IMG/VR virus record: IMGVR_UViG_3300010384_000021
Span: 1-34,186 of that record
Origin: a virus
Lineage: Duplodnaviria; Caudoviricetes
Reading direction: 5' to 3' (one strand)
Length of the DNA stretch: 34,186 nucleotides
Shown here: in pieces, positions 23,777 to 32,083 of the stretch
Position numbering within the stretch: position 1 is the stretch's first letter
Layout of the letters: each line of letters starts with the position of its first letter
The notes under the pieces: model-generated
What the model saw: the letters and a program-made list of their open reading frames with translations, nothing else
The model's database searches: none
What the model was told of the DNA's origin: nothing
Made by a program: the position numbers and the translations under genes

Positions 23777-24238
23777 ATGGCTGATTGGAAGAACGTCGCG
23801 ATCGCCGACCTTGAGCGCCAGCTTGCCGAGGCGCGGGCGAAAATCGACGTACAGCGCGAGAGCAAAGAATACGCCCAGCGCTGTTGCGAAGCCGCCGAAG
23901 CCGAGCGCGACCGCCTCGCGGCTGACAATGCGCGGCTGACGCAGGAGCGCGACGAAAAGATCGCGCAGGCATTGGCTAAGGCCGACTACGAAGCCGAAAG
24001 AGCCGGCAATATCGAAAATGATAACGACCGCCTCACAGATGAGCTTCGGGCCGTCCGCGCCCAACTGGACATACAGCTTGCCGGCCATCGTCTAACGGCC
24101 AAGGATGCGACGAAGCAACTGCTGCGGGCAACACGCCTTGAGGAAGCCATCACGCGCGTCGTAGACCCGGCACCGGGCTGCAATTGCCCGCCGTGGATTT
24201 TAGGCATCCTGAAAGCCGCCCTCGCAGGAAAGGAATAG
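23777..24238 (+). CDS. Hypothetical coiled-coil protein (153 aa)
   Basis: GGAGG RBS; heptad-rich sequence. Confidence 0.7.
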   Translation: MADWKNVAIADLERQLAEARAKIDVQRESKEYAQRCCEAAEAERDRLAADNARLTQERDEKIAQALAKADYEAERAGNIENDNDRLTDELRAVRAQLDIQLAGHRLTAKDATKQLLRATRLEEAITRVVDPAPGCNCPPWILGILKAALAGKE

Positions 24239-24240
24239 CC

Positions 24241-24552
24241 ATGGACGCGAGAGAAGTAATTCGCCACTTCCTTCAGGGCACCGATCTATCCTGCGATGAT
24301 CTGATTACCGCACTGGAATGGCACGGCAATCGCATCATCCACGACAGCGAGAACCATGGGCCGACGCTGGAGCGGGCGGCGGGTATCGCTGCCGCCGCTG
24401 CCGCCGAATTTGATCGCCTGATCGAAAGTGGGAAAGGCGAACACGGCAAGCCGGGCTATGTCACCGACGCTGTTTGGCATTCATGGTCCGGGAAGTCGAG
24501 CGCGCTTAACTCCATCGCTTCCGCTATCCGCGCCATGGGAGAGAAGAAATGA
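24241..24552 (+). CDS. Hypothetical protein (103 aa, MDAREVIRHF...)
   Basis: AAGGA RBS, operon order. Confidence 0.65.
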   Translation: MDAREVIRHFLQGTDLSCDDLITALEWHGNRIIHDSENHGPTLERAAGIAAAAAAEFDRLIESGKGEHGKPGYVTDAVWHSWSGKSSALNSIASAIRAMGEKK

Positions 24553-24797
24553 AGCTGACAGAAGCGCAGCGGCAATTGCTTGGGCGGATGAAGAATGGTG
24601 CATCGCTGTCCTACGACAAATTGCACGGTTCAATCTGGTCGAGCGATGGCCGTTTCACGATCAAGGTAAGAGCGAGCACGTTCAACTCATTAACCGTCAG
24701 AAACCTGATCGGACCTTGGATTACCGAGGGGGACACCACGGGCTACCGCATCACCGAGGCCGGCCGTCGCGCCCTCCAGGAAGGAGGCGGGGAATGA
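24549..24797 (+). CDS. Small winged-helix-like hypothetical protein (82 aa)
   Basis: LTVRNLI...YRITEAGRRAL is a wHTH-wing pattern; ATGA coupling. Confidence 0.65.
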   Translation: MKLTEAQRQLLGRMKNGASLSYDKLHGSIWSSDGRFTIKVRASTFNSLTVRNLIGPWITEGDTTGYRITEAGRRALQEGGGE

Positions 24798-24994
24798 GCC
24801 GAAGCACGCTTGTTCGGCCTTATAGGCGATCCTGCCCTATGTGCGGGTGCCTCGGTTTCGCGCGCACCGGCACCGACTTCTTCGGCCGCTCCACATTCGA
24901 ATGCAACGATTGCCGCCATGAATGGGCGACAGAACGCGGCCCTCTAAAAGGCACGTCGCTTAACCGCGATCAGAAGGCCAGCCGCCATGACTGA
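24794..24994 (+). CDS. Zinc-ribbon protein (66 aa)
   Basis: CPMCG...FECNDCRHEW; GGAGG RBS and ATGA coupling. Confidence 0.7.
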   Translation: MSRSTLVRPYRRSCPMCGCLGFARTGTDFFGRSTFECNDCRHEWATERGPLKGTSLNRDQKASRHD

Positions 24995-25460
24995 GCGCAA
25001 GGAGGCGGTGACCGGCTACCACGGCCATAAGACGATGATCGACGGAACGCATGTAGCGCTCTCCAAGGATGAAGCTGAAGCAATCTGGAAAGCGATCGAT
25101 GAAGCAGACGCAAAACGCGCGCAGGAAATGCCAACGGCTCAAGACGCCTTGCGCGTGATGATCGCAGCCAGGCATCGATTGCAGGAACTCGGCTGGTGGA
25201 AGGGCGGCGGCTTGCGCGTCAAGCGCGGCGACGAATGCGCCGTGGCGGAAACCGGCTCGACCGGTATGTGGCGCGGTCGCCTCGATGCGGAGGGCAAGTA
25301 CATCCACCACGGCGATTACGTGTCCGATCCGCGCAAGTGCTGGCTGAAACCGCTCGCTGACCTGACCGAGGATGAGCGGGCGTGGATGGTCGAATGCGAC
25401 CGGCGCGAGGCCGAAGCATACTCTGCGATGCTTGACCGTCTCGGAGATGGCGGTGAGTAG
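24987..25460 (+). CDS. Hypothetical protein (157 aa)
   Basis: Operon order; normal composition. Confidence 0.7.
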   Translation: MTERKEAVTGYHGHKTMIDGTHVALSKDEAEAIWKAIDEADAKRAQEMPTAQDALRVMIAARHRLQELGWWKGGGLRVKRGDECAVAETGSTGMWRGRLDAEGKYIHHGDYVSDPRKCWLKPLADLTEDERAWMVECDRREAEAYSAMLDRLGDGGE

Positions 25461-25791
25461 GGCGGCCTTTATCCCCACTGTGTACACCCCCGCGCAGATT
25501 GCCGATCGCTGGCAGTGTTCGGAGAGGCATGTGCGCAATATGATAGCGTCCGGCGAGCTTCCATCCTTCCGGCTGGGCGGGAAGCTGTTGCGCATCCGTG
25601 CCGAAGACGTGGAGGCTTTCGAATGCCAGAATGGCGGCTCACAAGATTGCGGGGAGAGTTTTGCGTCACATGGGACGAAGCAGGAGGCATCCGGCGACGT
25701 TATCGACTTGGAACATCAGATGCAAAAGAGGCGGCCCGCCTCGCCCCGGCTCGATACGCAGAACTCACGCGCCCGCGAGGTACGAAGGTAA
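25453..25791 (+). CDS. xis: Excisionase (HTH_17/MerR-like)
   Basis: YTPAQIADRWQCSERHVRNMIASGELPSFRLGGKLLRI; immediately upstream of and overlapping int. Confidence 0.85.
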   Translation: MSRAAFIPTVYTPAQIADRWQCSERHVRNMIASGELPSFRLGGKLLRIRAEDVEAFECQNGGSQDCGESFASHGTKQEASGDVIDLEHQMQKRRPASPRLDTQNSRAREVRR

Positions 25792-26606
25792 AGGACCTAT
25801 GGGCGGCCTATTGCCTCGATATGGACGGGCGCGCCGTCGTGACCACCATGGGGTACACGTGGAAAGCTCTGAAAGACAGGTTCGGAGAGATCGAGGGGGA
25901 GGCCATCTCGATTGCCGACTGCCGCGCGCATACAGTCGAGCGTCGCAAGGCGGGGATCAAGGATGGCACGATCCATACCGAGCTCGGACACTTGCGCATG
26001 GTGCTTCTGTGGGCCGGGAAGCACGACCTCATCGTCAAGGTGCCGGCCATCGAGCGTCCGGCGAAACCAGAGCCGAAAACCGATCACCTGACACGAGACG
26101 AGGCCAAGGCGCTGATCGACGCCGCAAGGGCGCCACACGTCGCACTCGCCGTCCGCCTCATGCTTGGGACCGGAGCGCGCAACGAAGCCGCGATGCAACT
26201 GACATGGGATCGCGTGGATCTCGACCGCCGAATGATTCAGCTTCGAAATCCGTTCGACAAAGCGAGACGAAAGGGCCGGGCGACAGTTCCGATGAACGAT
26301 ACCCTGTTTGCAGCCTTGGAAACCGCCAAGAACGGCGCTCTGACGCCATTTGTAATCGAATGGGCCGGGGCACAGGTGAAGTCGATCAAGCGCGGTTTGA
26401 AGGCGGCGGGGACAGCAATTGGGCGGCCTGACGTGTCGCCGCACATGCTTCGGCACAGCGCGGCCGTGTGGCTGGCCGAGGATGGACACTCGATGGACGA
26501 GATCGCTCAATATCTCGGCCACAACAACGTCAAGACGACTACGCTGATCTACGCGCGGTTTTCACCGACGCACCTGCGGAAGCTGGCGGACAGCCTGGCT
26601 GTGTAG
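25623..26606 (+). CDS. int: Tyrosine integrase (327 aa)
   Basis: TGARNEA (R), K, HMLRHS (HxxR), LGH and catalytic Y in IYAR; GGAGG RBS 8 nt before ATG 25623. Confidence 0.95.
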   Translation: MPEWRLTRLRGEFCVTWDEAGGIRRRYRLGTSDAKEAARLAPARYAELTRPRGTKVKDLWAAYCLDMDGRAVVTTMGYTWKALKDRFGEIEGEAISIADCRAHTVERRKAGIKDGTIHTELGHLRMVLLWAGKHDLIVKVPAIERPAKPEPKTDHLTRDEAKALIDAARAPHVALAVRLMLGTGARNEAAMQLTWDRVDLDRRMIQLRNPFDKARRKGRATVPMNDTLFAALETAKNGALTPFVIEWAGAQVKSIKRGLKAAGTAIGRPDVSPHMLRHSAAVWLAEDGHSMDEIAQYLGHNNVKTTTLIYARFSPTHLRKLADSLAV

Positions 26607-26609
26607 AGT

Positions 26610-26857
26610 ATGAAGTGCCCGGTAGGTTCGGTGAACCTTGAAATCGGAACGCAAACGGAACATGATGCCGGAAACGACCATTTGCGAAGCGCCCACTTCC
26701 CGGAGTTCTGCGGGGTTCAGGCAGGGGAACGATGTTGACATCGAAGGGGTCCCAAGTTCGATCCTTGGTACGCCCACCATCCAACTCCTTGAACCTCCTA
26801 GATATTTTGGTTTCGGCCTTCGCGGGAATGAAGTTCCTGCTAGGTTCATCAAACCTT
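26610..26857 (+). repeat. Putative integrase arm-type sites: imperfect 30-nt direct repeats flanking the att core
   Basis: ATGAAGTGCCCGGTAGGTTCGGTGAACCTT (26610-26639) vs ATGAAGTTCCTGCTAGGTTCATCAAACCTT (26828-26857), 23/30 identical. Confidence 0.65.
26735..26779 (+). other. attP core: 3' half of tRNA-Val(GAC)
   Basis: TTGACAT anticodon loop, CCAAGTTCGATCCTTGG T-arm, TACGCCCACCA acceptor end; no 5' half upstream; about 130 nt after int. Confidence 0.88.
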
Positions 26858-26894
26858 TGAGGCCAGTTGCGGCCCGCATTCAGGAGGCAAACGG

Positions 26895-27119
26895 ATGGCA
26901 GAGACAGCAGCAGACCGCGTTGATTTCGTCAAAGGGGATCTGGACGAGGTTGTCTCGTCACGCGGCGCTCATCTGGAGCATCTGGGGAAAGGCCACTGGT
27001 TCCTGTCGTTCCAGCATGAGGACGGGATCGAAAGCGCCTTCTGGTTCGACAGCAAGAGCCTGAGAAAGCCATTCTGGGAGAAGCGCCCTCCCGCCCTCTC
27101 CCCTCCCTCTAAGGATTGA
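26895..27119 (+). CDS. Hypothetical protein next to attP (74 aa)
   Basis: AGGAGG RBS 8 nt upstream; aromatic-rich beta-type sequence. Confidence 0.7.
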   Translation: MAETAADRVDFVKGDLDEVVSSRGAHLEHLGKGHWFLSFQHEDGIESAFWFDSKSLRKPFWEKRPPALSPPSKD

Positions 27120-27122
27120 GAC

Positions 27123-27209
27123 GTGGGCCGCTTCCCCCTTCGCATCGTCCTCTACCTCCTGCCAGCGGCAGCTATAGTAGCGATTGCGTACAAGGCGATG
27201 GGCTACTGA
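27123..27209 (+). CDS. Small membrane peptide (28 aa, MGRFPLRIVLYLLPAAAIVAIAYKAMGY)
   Basis: Read manually; TAAGGA RBS before GTG 27123; single hydrophobic helix. Confidence 0.5.
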   Translation: MGRFPLRIVLYLLPAAAIVAIAYKAMGY

Positions 27210-27223
27210 CCCTTGGCCTTCGC

Positions 27224-27523
27224 TTAGGGTGCAAATCCTCCCTTGATGAGGAAGCCGAGCGCGGCCATGATGATGCCTCCGATCAGCAGACGGACCACCC
27301 ATTGTAGACTGTCGGATATTTTGTCGACCTTCGACCCGACGGCATCAATCTTGTCGTTCATCGCCTTCCATTCTCCTTCCTTCCGAGCGTCGGCCAGGTC
27401 GGACTGGCGCTGCCATGTCTCCAGCGCCGTGAGACGCTGGCTGTTGCCTTGCGCCGTATGTTCCAAGCTCACCACGCGGCTGCGAAGATCGCTATCAATC
27501 TGCCCGGTCATGTCTTCCGCCAT
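27224..27523 (-). CDS. XhlA-like/holin-associated membrane protein (99 aa)
   Basis: Coiled coil (RVVSLE, RLTALE) plus C-terminal TM WVVRLLIGGIIMAALGFLI; end of the lysis cassette. Confidence 0.65.
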   Translation of the reverse strand: MAEDMTGQIDSDLRSRVVSLEHTAQGNSQRLTALETWQRQSDLADARKEGEWKAMNDKIDAVGSKVDKISDSLQWVVRLLIGGIIMAALGFLIKGGFAP

Positions 27524-27557
27524 CGTCCCCTAGCCGCCCTTTCCATGCACTGCGAAG

Positions 27558-27761
27558 CTATTTGCAATACGAATCCCGGCGAGCGTTTGCCTGCCGGATT
27601 TCCGTCACCGTCTGAGGCGTGTCGCCCTTGGCCGAGTAGGTCACTGGTCGCCAGATCAGGCACACGTCACGGCTGGTTGTCGCGGTTGTTCTGGTCGACT
27701 GACACCCCGTCAGAAGGAGTAGCGCCAGCAGCGCGCTTGATGCGGTCGATTTCTTCGGCAC
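27558..27761 (-). CDS. Outer-membrane spanin (Rz1-like lipoprotein, 67 aa)
   Basis: GTG 27761 with AGGAGG RBS; signal KK...LLALLLLTGC lipobox; additional Cys residues; starts inside the i-spanin gene. Confidence 0.8.
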   Translation of the reverse strand: MPKKSTASSALLALLLLTGCQSTRTTATTSRDVCLIWRPVTYSAKGDTPQTVTEIRQANARRDSYCK

Positions 27762-27918
27762 GGGACTTGGCCTCCTTGGCCGCTTGGTTTGCCTTCTCCA
27801 GCTTCGCGCCGGAAAGCCTGCCTTTGACATACGTGGCCACAAACGCCGCGATGACGACGCCCGCGCCGACGAGGTACGTCCCGGCCTTGCTTGCGAGCAT
27901 GGCGATTATCGCGCTCAT
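27667..27918 (-). CDS. Inner-membrane spanin (Rz-like, 83 aa)
   Basis: N-terminal TM followed by helical periplasmic part; overlaps the o-spanin; ATGA coupling. Confidence 0.75.
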   Translation of the reverse strand: MSAIIAMLASKAGTYLVGAGVVIAAFVATYVKGRLSGAKLEKANQAAKEAKSRAEEIDRIKRAAGATPSDGVSVDQNNRDNQP

Positions 27919-28130
27919 AGGTCGGTCGCCCGGCGGCGGCGCAGGTATTCGGTCGCAATGCCGTTCGCCAGAACCAGCCATGGGAACCATGCCACGTCAC
28001 CGATCAGCGGCGACATGACGGCCGGATCGATGTAGGTGAGGACGAGGGCGAGAAAGCCGAGGGCAGACTGGATACGCGCCCAAGCGATCGTCTCCGACCC
28101 GGCGCAGAACTTCTTGATCTTGGCCCACAC
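27915..28130 (-). CDS. Putative holin (71 aa, two TM segments)
   Basis: Two hydrophobic segments and basic C-terminus LRRRR; between endolysin and spanins; GGAGG RBS. Confidence 0.65.
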   Translation of the reverse strand: MWAKIKKFCAGSETIAWARIQSALGFLALVLTYIDPAVMSPLIGDVAWFPWLVLANGIATEYLRRRRATDL

Positions 28131-28139
28131 GGGAACCTC

Positions 28140-28880
28140 CTATCGACAGAACAGCCCAAACCAATCGCATGGCGCAGCAGCGATCCACGCCCATGCGATG
28201 CCCAGCCCGGCACCGATCAGCGCGAAGAACATGGCAAGGCCGGTTTTCGGCGGGGCAGAGGGAGCGGCAGGCGGGGCCGCTGGTGCGGGTTGAGCCTTCG
28301 GAGGCTCGGGAGTGGCCGGAACGGGTTTGGGCGCTTCCACGGGCGCGGGAGGGGGAGACAGGACAGAGTGGTCCACCATGTCGAGCGCCGCAGTCTTCAC
28401 GCGAGCAACACGAGCCGACCAGCCCTTGCGATACCTACCCCACGTCGGAAGGCCCCTGAGGTATTCCAACCGATCCGCGCTGAGGGTGTTGATGACGCTG
28501 GCCTTGAACGAGGCTTTTGCGGCGCCGATAGTGGCCGGGCCGATCTTGCCGTCTACTGCCACACCGAGAATACGCTGGAGGAACTTAGCCGCTCTGCCCG
28601 GCCCGCTGTTGACGGCGAAATCGAACACGGCGTAGTCGATGCCGTCAGGCAGATCGTCGCCCTTCACCGCGTCCCAATACTGGCGCTTGTAGACCTTGGC
28701 GACTTCGGCGGCGGTGATATGCTTAAGGTCGTCAACCGTGCCCTTGGAATTGACGTAGCGACGATAGGTGGCAATCGTGATGCCCTTGTTCGTCGCCCCA
28801 CCAGGGTCATGCGGATCGTTGACGAATCCGCCCTCCTCCCTAAGGACGAGCGAAAGCGCCCGCGCAAAATTGCGGTCCAT
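28140..28880 (-). CDS. Endolysin, glycoside hydrolase family 108 with PG-binding domain and C-terminal TM helix (246 aa)
   Basis: EEGGFVNDPHDPGGATNKGIT, FDFAVNSG, VDGKIGPAT and KGWSARV motifs; AAGGA RBS before ATG 28880. Confidence 0.92.
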   Translation of the reverse strand: MDRNFARALSLVLREEGGFVNDPHDPGGATNKGITIATYRRYVNSKGTVDDLKHITAAEVAKVYKRQYWDAVKGDDLPDGIDYAVFDFAVNSGPGRAAKFLQRILGVAVDGKIGPATIGAAKASFKASVINTLSADRLEYLRGLPTWGRYRKGWSARVARVKTAALDMVDHSVLSPPPAPVEAPKPVPATPEPPKAQPAPAAPPAAPSAPPKTGLAMFFALIGAGLGIAWAWIAAAPCDWFGLFCR

Positions 28881-28948
28881 TGTCTTTCCTTTCAAATTTT
28901 CGGATTTGCGGAAACCGCCGGTTGATCTGGGACGGCTATGCTCGCGCC

Positions 28949-29230
28949 ATGAAATTCGGCGCGTCACACATCACCGCGGCGGTCCTGCTGGTTGCCGGCT
29001 ATCACTATGCCGACAGGATAGCCTCGACCTTTAACGCCACCGCGCAGGAAGCCCATCCGGCATCCTGCGACATCAAGGGCAACATCTCGATCAACACCGG
29101 TGAGCGCATCTACCACGTGCCGGGGCAAGAACATTACGACGAGACGATCATCCGCCCGGAATACGGCGAGCGCTGGTTTTGCACCGAGGCAGAGGCCCGC
29201 GCGGCGGGCTGGCGCAAGGCCAGACGATAG
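28949..29230 (+). CDS. Exported small protein with ExoI/thermonuclease-associated C-terminal domain (93 aa), moron
   Basis: N-terminal hydrophobic signal; CDIKGNISINTGERIYHVPGQEHY...GERWFCTEAEARAAGWR motif. Confidence 0.8.
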   Translation: MKFGASHITAAVLLVAGYHYADRIASTFNATAQEAHPASCDIKGNISINTGERIYHVPGQEHYDETIIRPEYGERWFCTEAEARAAGWRKARR

Positions 29231-29272
29231 GTCTATTGTTTCGGCGCCCGGCTACCACCCGTTGCCGGGCAC

Positions 29273-29315
29273 AAGACGGCCCGGTCGCTCCACCCATAGG
29301 CGGCCGGGTCGTTTT
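29273..29315 (+). terminator. Terminator of the plus-strand moron
   Basis: AAGACGGCCCGGTCGC pairs with GCGGCCGGGTCGTTTT, with G-U pairs favouring the + strand. Confidence 0.6.
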
Positions 29316-29350
29316 GCCTAGCGATTGTCAGTCCGGCCTATCGCGGCCCT

Positions 29351-31288
29351 CTACCGGATCAGCAGCCATTCCGTGGAACCGGAACCAGCGAAAGCAGTGT
29401 CCGTGTTGATCGTGAAGCCGGTTGTCGCCTTGCTGGTGACCCAGTATTTGCGGTCGGTGTCGCCGGTCACCATGACGTAGTAGTTCGCGTCAGGCTCGGC
29501 GGTGCTGAACGTCACGGTCGAGGTCGTGCCGCTGGCCGGGTTGCTCACACGGCCCCGAAGGTTGTTGCCTGTCGTCCCGCTGGCCGAGAGACTTTTCAGG
29601 TTGAGCAGCCACAGGCCGAGGCCAGATGGAGAGGCCACTTCCATGCCGCCCCCCGCGTGGATCGATATTTGACCGTCAACCGTCGTCCCGCCCGTGCGGA
29701 CCAGAGCAAGAGAGCCACCGTTGGCCGCTATCCGGCTATTCAGTTCAAGCGTTGCGCCCGTGCCGGCACCGCCGAAATTCATCAGCTTGAATGCTTTTGT
29801 GCCGCCAATCCTCGGCCCGTAAGAAGGCGTCCAGATCGCGTCAAGCGTGTTGAAACTGTTCTCCGAGCCTGCGGCGACGTAGGCCGGCACGCTGCTGATT
29901 ACCGTATTACCGAGCATCTGGATCGGGCTAGACGGCGACGCATTCATGTTGATGGCATCCGCCACCACGGCCCCGCTTTCGAAACGGCAAAAAGCAATCG
30001 AACCACCACCGGCGTGTAGGTTAGCGCCGTTGTCCGATTGCAGGCGAAACGCGGTGCCGGTGAAGCCCTCGAACGCGGTAAGAAGAACCTGCACGTCGTT
30101 CGCCAGACCGGAAAACAGGCTGTCGTTCTGGTTTCTGACGACGATGCCGTTTCCGAAGCTGGCGAGCGTGCTGTTGATGATGCGGGTGGCGTTTTGGGCA
30201 CCCTGCAAATCGAAAGCAGTCGGGATGTTGTTCAGGTCGCTGCCGGTGAGTTTTCTCACCCAGAACTGGTCAAAGGTGTTCCAGAAATTCCCCTTGTTGC
30301 GGTCATCGTCCGCGTAGCCGGACATGTCGCCTTGCTTCATCCGCACGGCGGCGAAGTCTGCGTTCGACGTGTTCCCTTGAACGCCCAACCGGGCGAACCT
30401 GTTGTAGACGCAACCCCCGTCGATCTGGAAAGCGGCATCCGCGAGGTTATTGTTGCGCAGATCGGCGGCGAGGCCCTCGATGACGCAGCGCGAGGCGGCA
30501 ATCGCCTTCAAGATCGGCAGTGCGCCGCTGTTCTTGATGGTAACGCCGTTTGCATTGACGTGCAGATTGCCGATTTCCGTGAGCAGCAGCGTCTCGTCCA
30601 GTTCGTAGGTGCCCGGCGAAATGTTGAGCCGGAGCGCGTCTGGGAACCATGTGTCGGTTATGTTCTGCCGAAGCTCCTTGATCGCGTCGAGGGCCGCGTT
30701 GAACCGAGCGCCAATGCCACTCCCGCCGAATGCGTCGGTGGAAATAACTCCGTCGCGATCACGCACCTTGGCCCGGACGCTGTTGGCGCTTTGAACATAG
30801 GGTGCCGCGACGGCTGCATCGGCCACCGCATACCGGTAACCGCCAGCCTCGAATTGATCGCCCGCGCCCACTGTGAACTGTGCGCCGGAGTATCCAAAAC
30901 TGGTATCTGTCTCAAAGGCGGCAACGCTATCGAACCGTCCCCTTGGAGAGCGGGCGTCTATATTGGCCTTGATGGACTGCTGAGAGGCGGTCTTCGTCGC
31001 GTCGTCGTCTGTGAGGTCGTCCTGATCGAGGAAGAAGCCGAAGGAGGAGGCGTCGGTGGCGGTTGGCTGGATGGCGCTGTCGGCCTTGGCAAGGCTGGCG
31101 ATCGATCCAGTGGACAGGCTGATCGTGCGGTCGGTGGAGAGGTCGCCACCGCCGACCAAGCCGGTGCCCGCTTCGACCTTTCTGGACGGAGGAGTTCCAA
31201 CTTTCGGGCTGATCGTGATCGATGGCCGCGACGAGCGGGATACGACGACCGAACCGCCTGTGCTTGGCGTGATGGTGATGTTCATCAA
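29351..31288 (-). CDS. Tailspike/receptor-binding protein with probable beta-helix (depolymerase-like) domain (645 aa)
   Basis: AGTGLVGGGDLSTDRTISL fibre motif; DAFG...FNAALD...LNISPGTYEL beta-helix cap; Asn/Gly-rich repeats; C-terminal VTFSTAEPDANYYV...KATTGFTI domain. Confidence 0.82.
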   Translation of the reverse strand: MMNITITPSTGGSVVVSRSSRPSITISPKVGTPPSRKVEAGTGLVGGGDLSTDRTISLSTGSIASLAKADSAIQPTATDASSFGFFLDQDDLTDDDATKTASQQSIKANIDARSPRGRFDSVAAFETDTSFGYSGAQFTVGAGDQFEAGGYRYAVADAAVAAPYVQSANSVRAKVRDRDGVISTDAFGGSGIGARFNAALDAIKELRQNITDTWFPDALRLNISPGTYELDETLLLTEIGNLHVNANGVTIKNSGALPILKAIAASRCVIEGLAADLRNNNLADAAFQIDGGCVYNRFARLGVQGNTSNADFAAVRMKQGDMSGYADDDRNKGNFWNTFDQFWVRKLTGSDLNNIPTAFDLQGAQNATRIINSTLASFGNGIVVRNQNDSLFSGLANDVQVLLTAFEGFTGTAFRLQSDNGANLHAGGGSIAFCRFESGAVVADAINMNASPSSPIQMLGNTVISSVPAYVAAGSENSFNTLDAIWTPSYGPRIGGTKAFKLMNFGGAGTGATLELNSRIAANGGSLALVRTGGTTVDGQISIHAGGGMEVASPSGLGLWLLNLKSLSASGTTGNNLRGRVSNPASGTTSTVTFSTAEPDANYYVMVTGDTDRKYWVTSKATTGFTINTDTAFAGSGSTEWLLIR

Positions 31289-31623
31289 GACACCTGCAAA
31301 TAAATGTCGGGGGTCACGTCGTCGGATTCAGCGCTGAAGATGACGCGAAGCCGGAAACTGTTGTTCCGACCGATTCTGAGACTGGCGGCGGCGTCTCGGG
31401 AGAGCAGGAATCGCACCTGACCAAGGGCGGGACTGTCGATGGTGATTGATGCGCTGTTTTTGATGACATCCGGGTTGGAGGAAAAGACCTCCGCCGTCGC
31501 CGTGGACAGGTCGATGGGCTGGCCATTGCTGTCCTGATAGGTGAACAGGAGGTCGATGGTTTCGCCATAGTTGATCTGGTCGTCGCAGGTCGCGCCTACG
31601 ACAACGGGGCCGCATTGGGACAT
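31285..31623 (-). CDS. BppU-like/Ig-fold tail adaptor protein (112 aa)
   Basis: INYGET...YQDSNGQPIDLS...DSPALGQVRF pattern; coupled to the tailspike gene. Confidence 0.6.
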   Translation of the reverse strand: MSQCGPVVVGATCDDQINYGETIDLLFTYQDSNGQPIDLSTATAEVFSSNPDVIKNSASITIDSPALGQVRFLLSRDAAASLRIGRNNSFRLRVIFSAESDDVTPDIYLQVS

Positions 31624-31636
31624 GGTGATTTCCTGA

Positions 31637-32083
31637 TTAGAGCGTGGATGCCGCCGTGAAGAAGGCGTCGATCTGGTCAGAGGTGAAGCCCAGCGCCTGG
31701 AACCCCGACTGCATCATTGGTTCATCGCGTACGAACGTCCCGCTGTTGGCATAGGCGATCTGGACCGCCTGCGACTGCGATGCGATCCAACCTTCGACCT
31801 GGTTGAGCAGGCCGGCGGCGAGAAGTTGGAGCTTGAACTGGCGAGCCGTCACGCGGTCGGGAACAACAGGTCCAGGCTCGACGTAGGAATCGACAGGCTT
31901 GCCGTCTGCAATCCACTGCGTGATGGCGGTCCTGATCGCGGGGGCCAACCCGTATATGTCGCCATCGCGGCTGACGTATTCGGTATCATACCGATCCCCG
32001 TGCGCGTCGGTTATGTCTACCGTGGCGATATACACGCCCGTTTCGGCATCTGCCTTTACGGCAGTCAGACTGTGCAGTTTCAT
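31637..32083 (-). CDS. Tail fibre assembly/chaperone-like protein (148 aa)
   Basis: VTARQFKLQLLAAGLL...ALGFTSDQIDAFFTAA; directly after the fibre gene. Confidence 0.65.
   Translation of the reverse strand: MKLHSLTAVKADAETGVYIATVDITDAHGDRYDTEYVSRDGDIYGLAPAIRTAITQWIADGKPVDSYVEPGPVVPDRVTARQFKLQLLAAGLLNQVEGWIASQSQAVQIAYANSGTFVRDEPMMQSGFQALGFTSDQIDAFFTAASTL

Noticed and set aside
26700-26779. Complete tRNA-Val gene
   Set aside because: Only the anticodon loop to CCA is present; the 5' acceptor strand and D arm are missing, so it is called an att core
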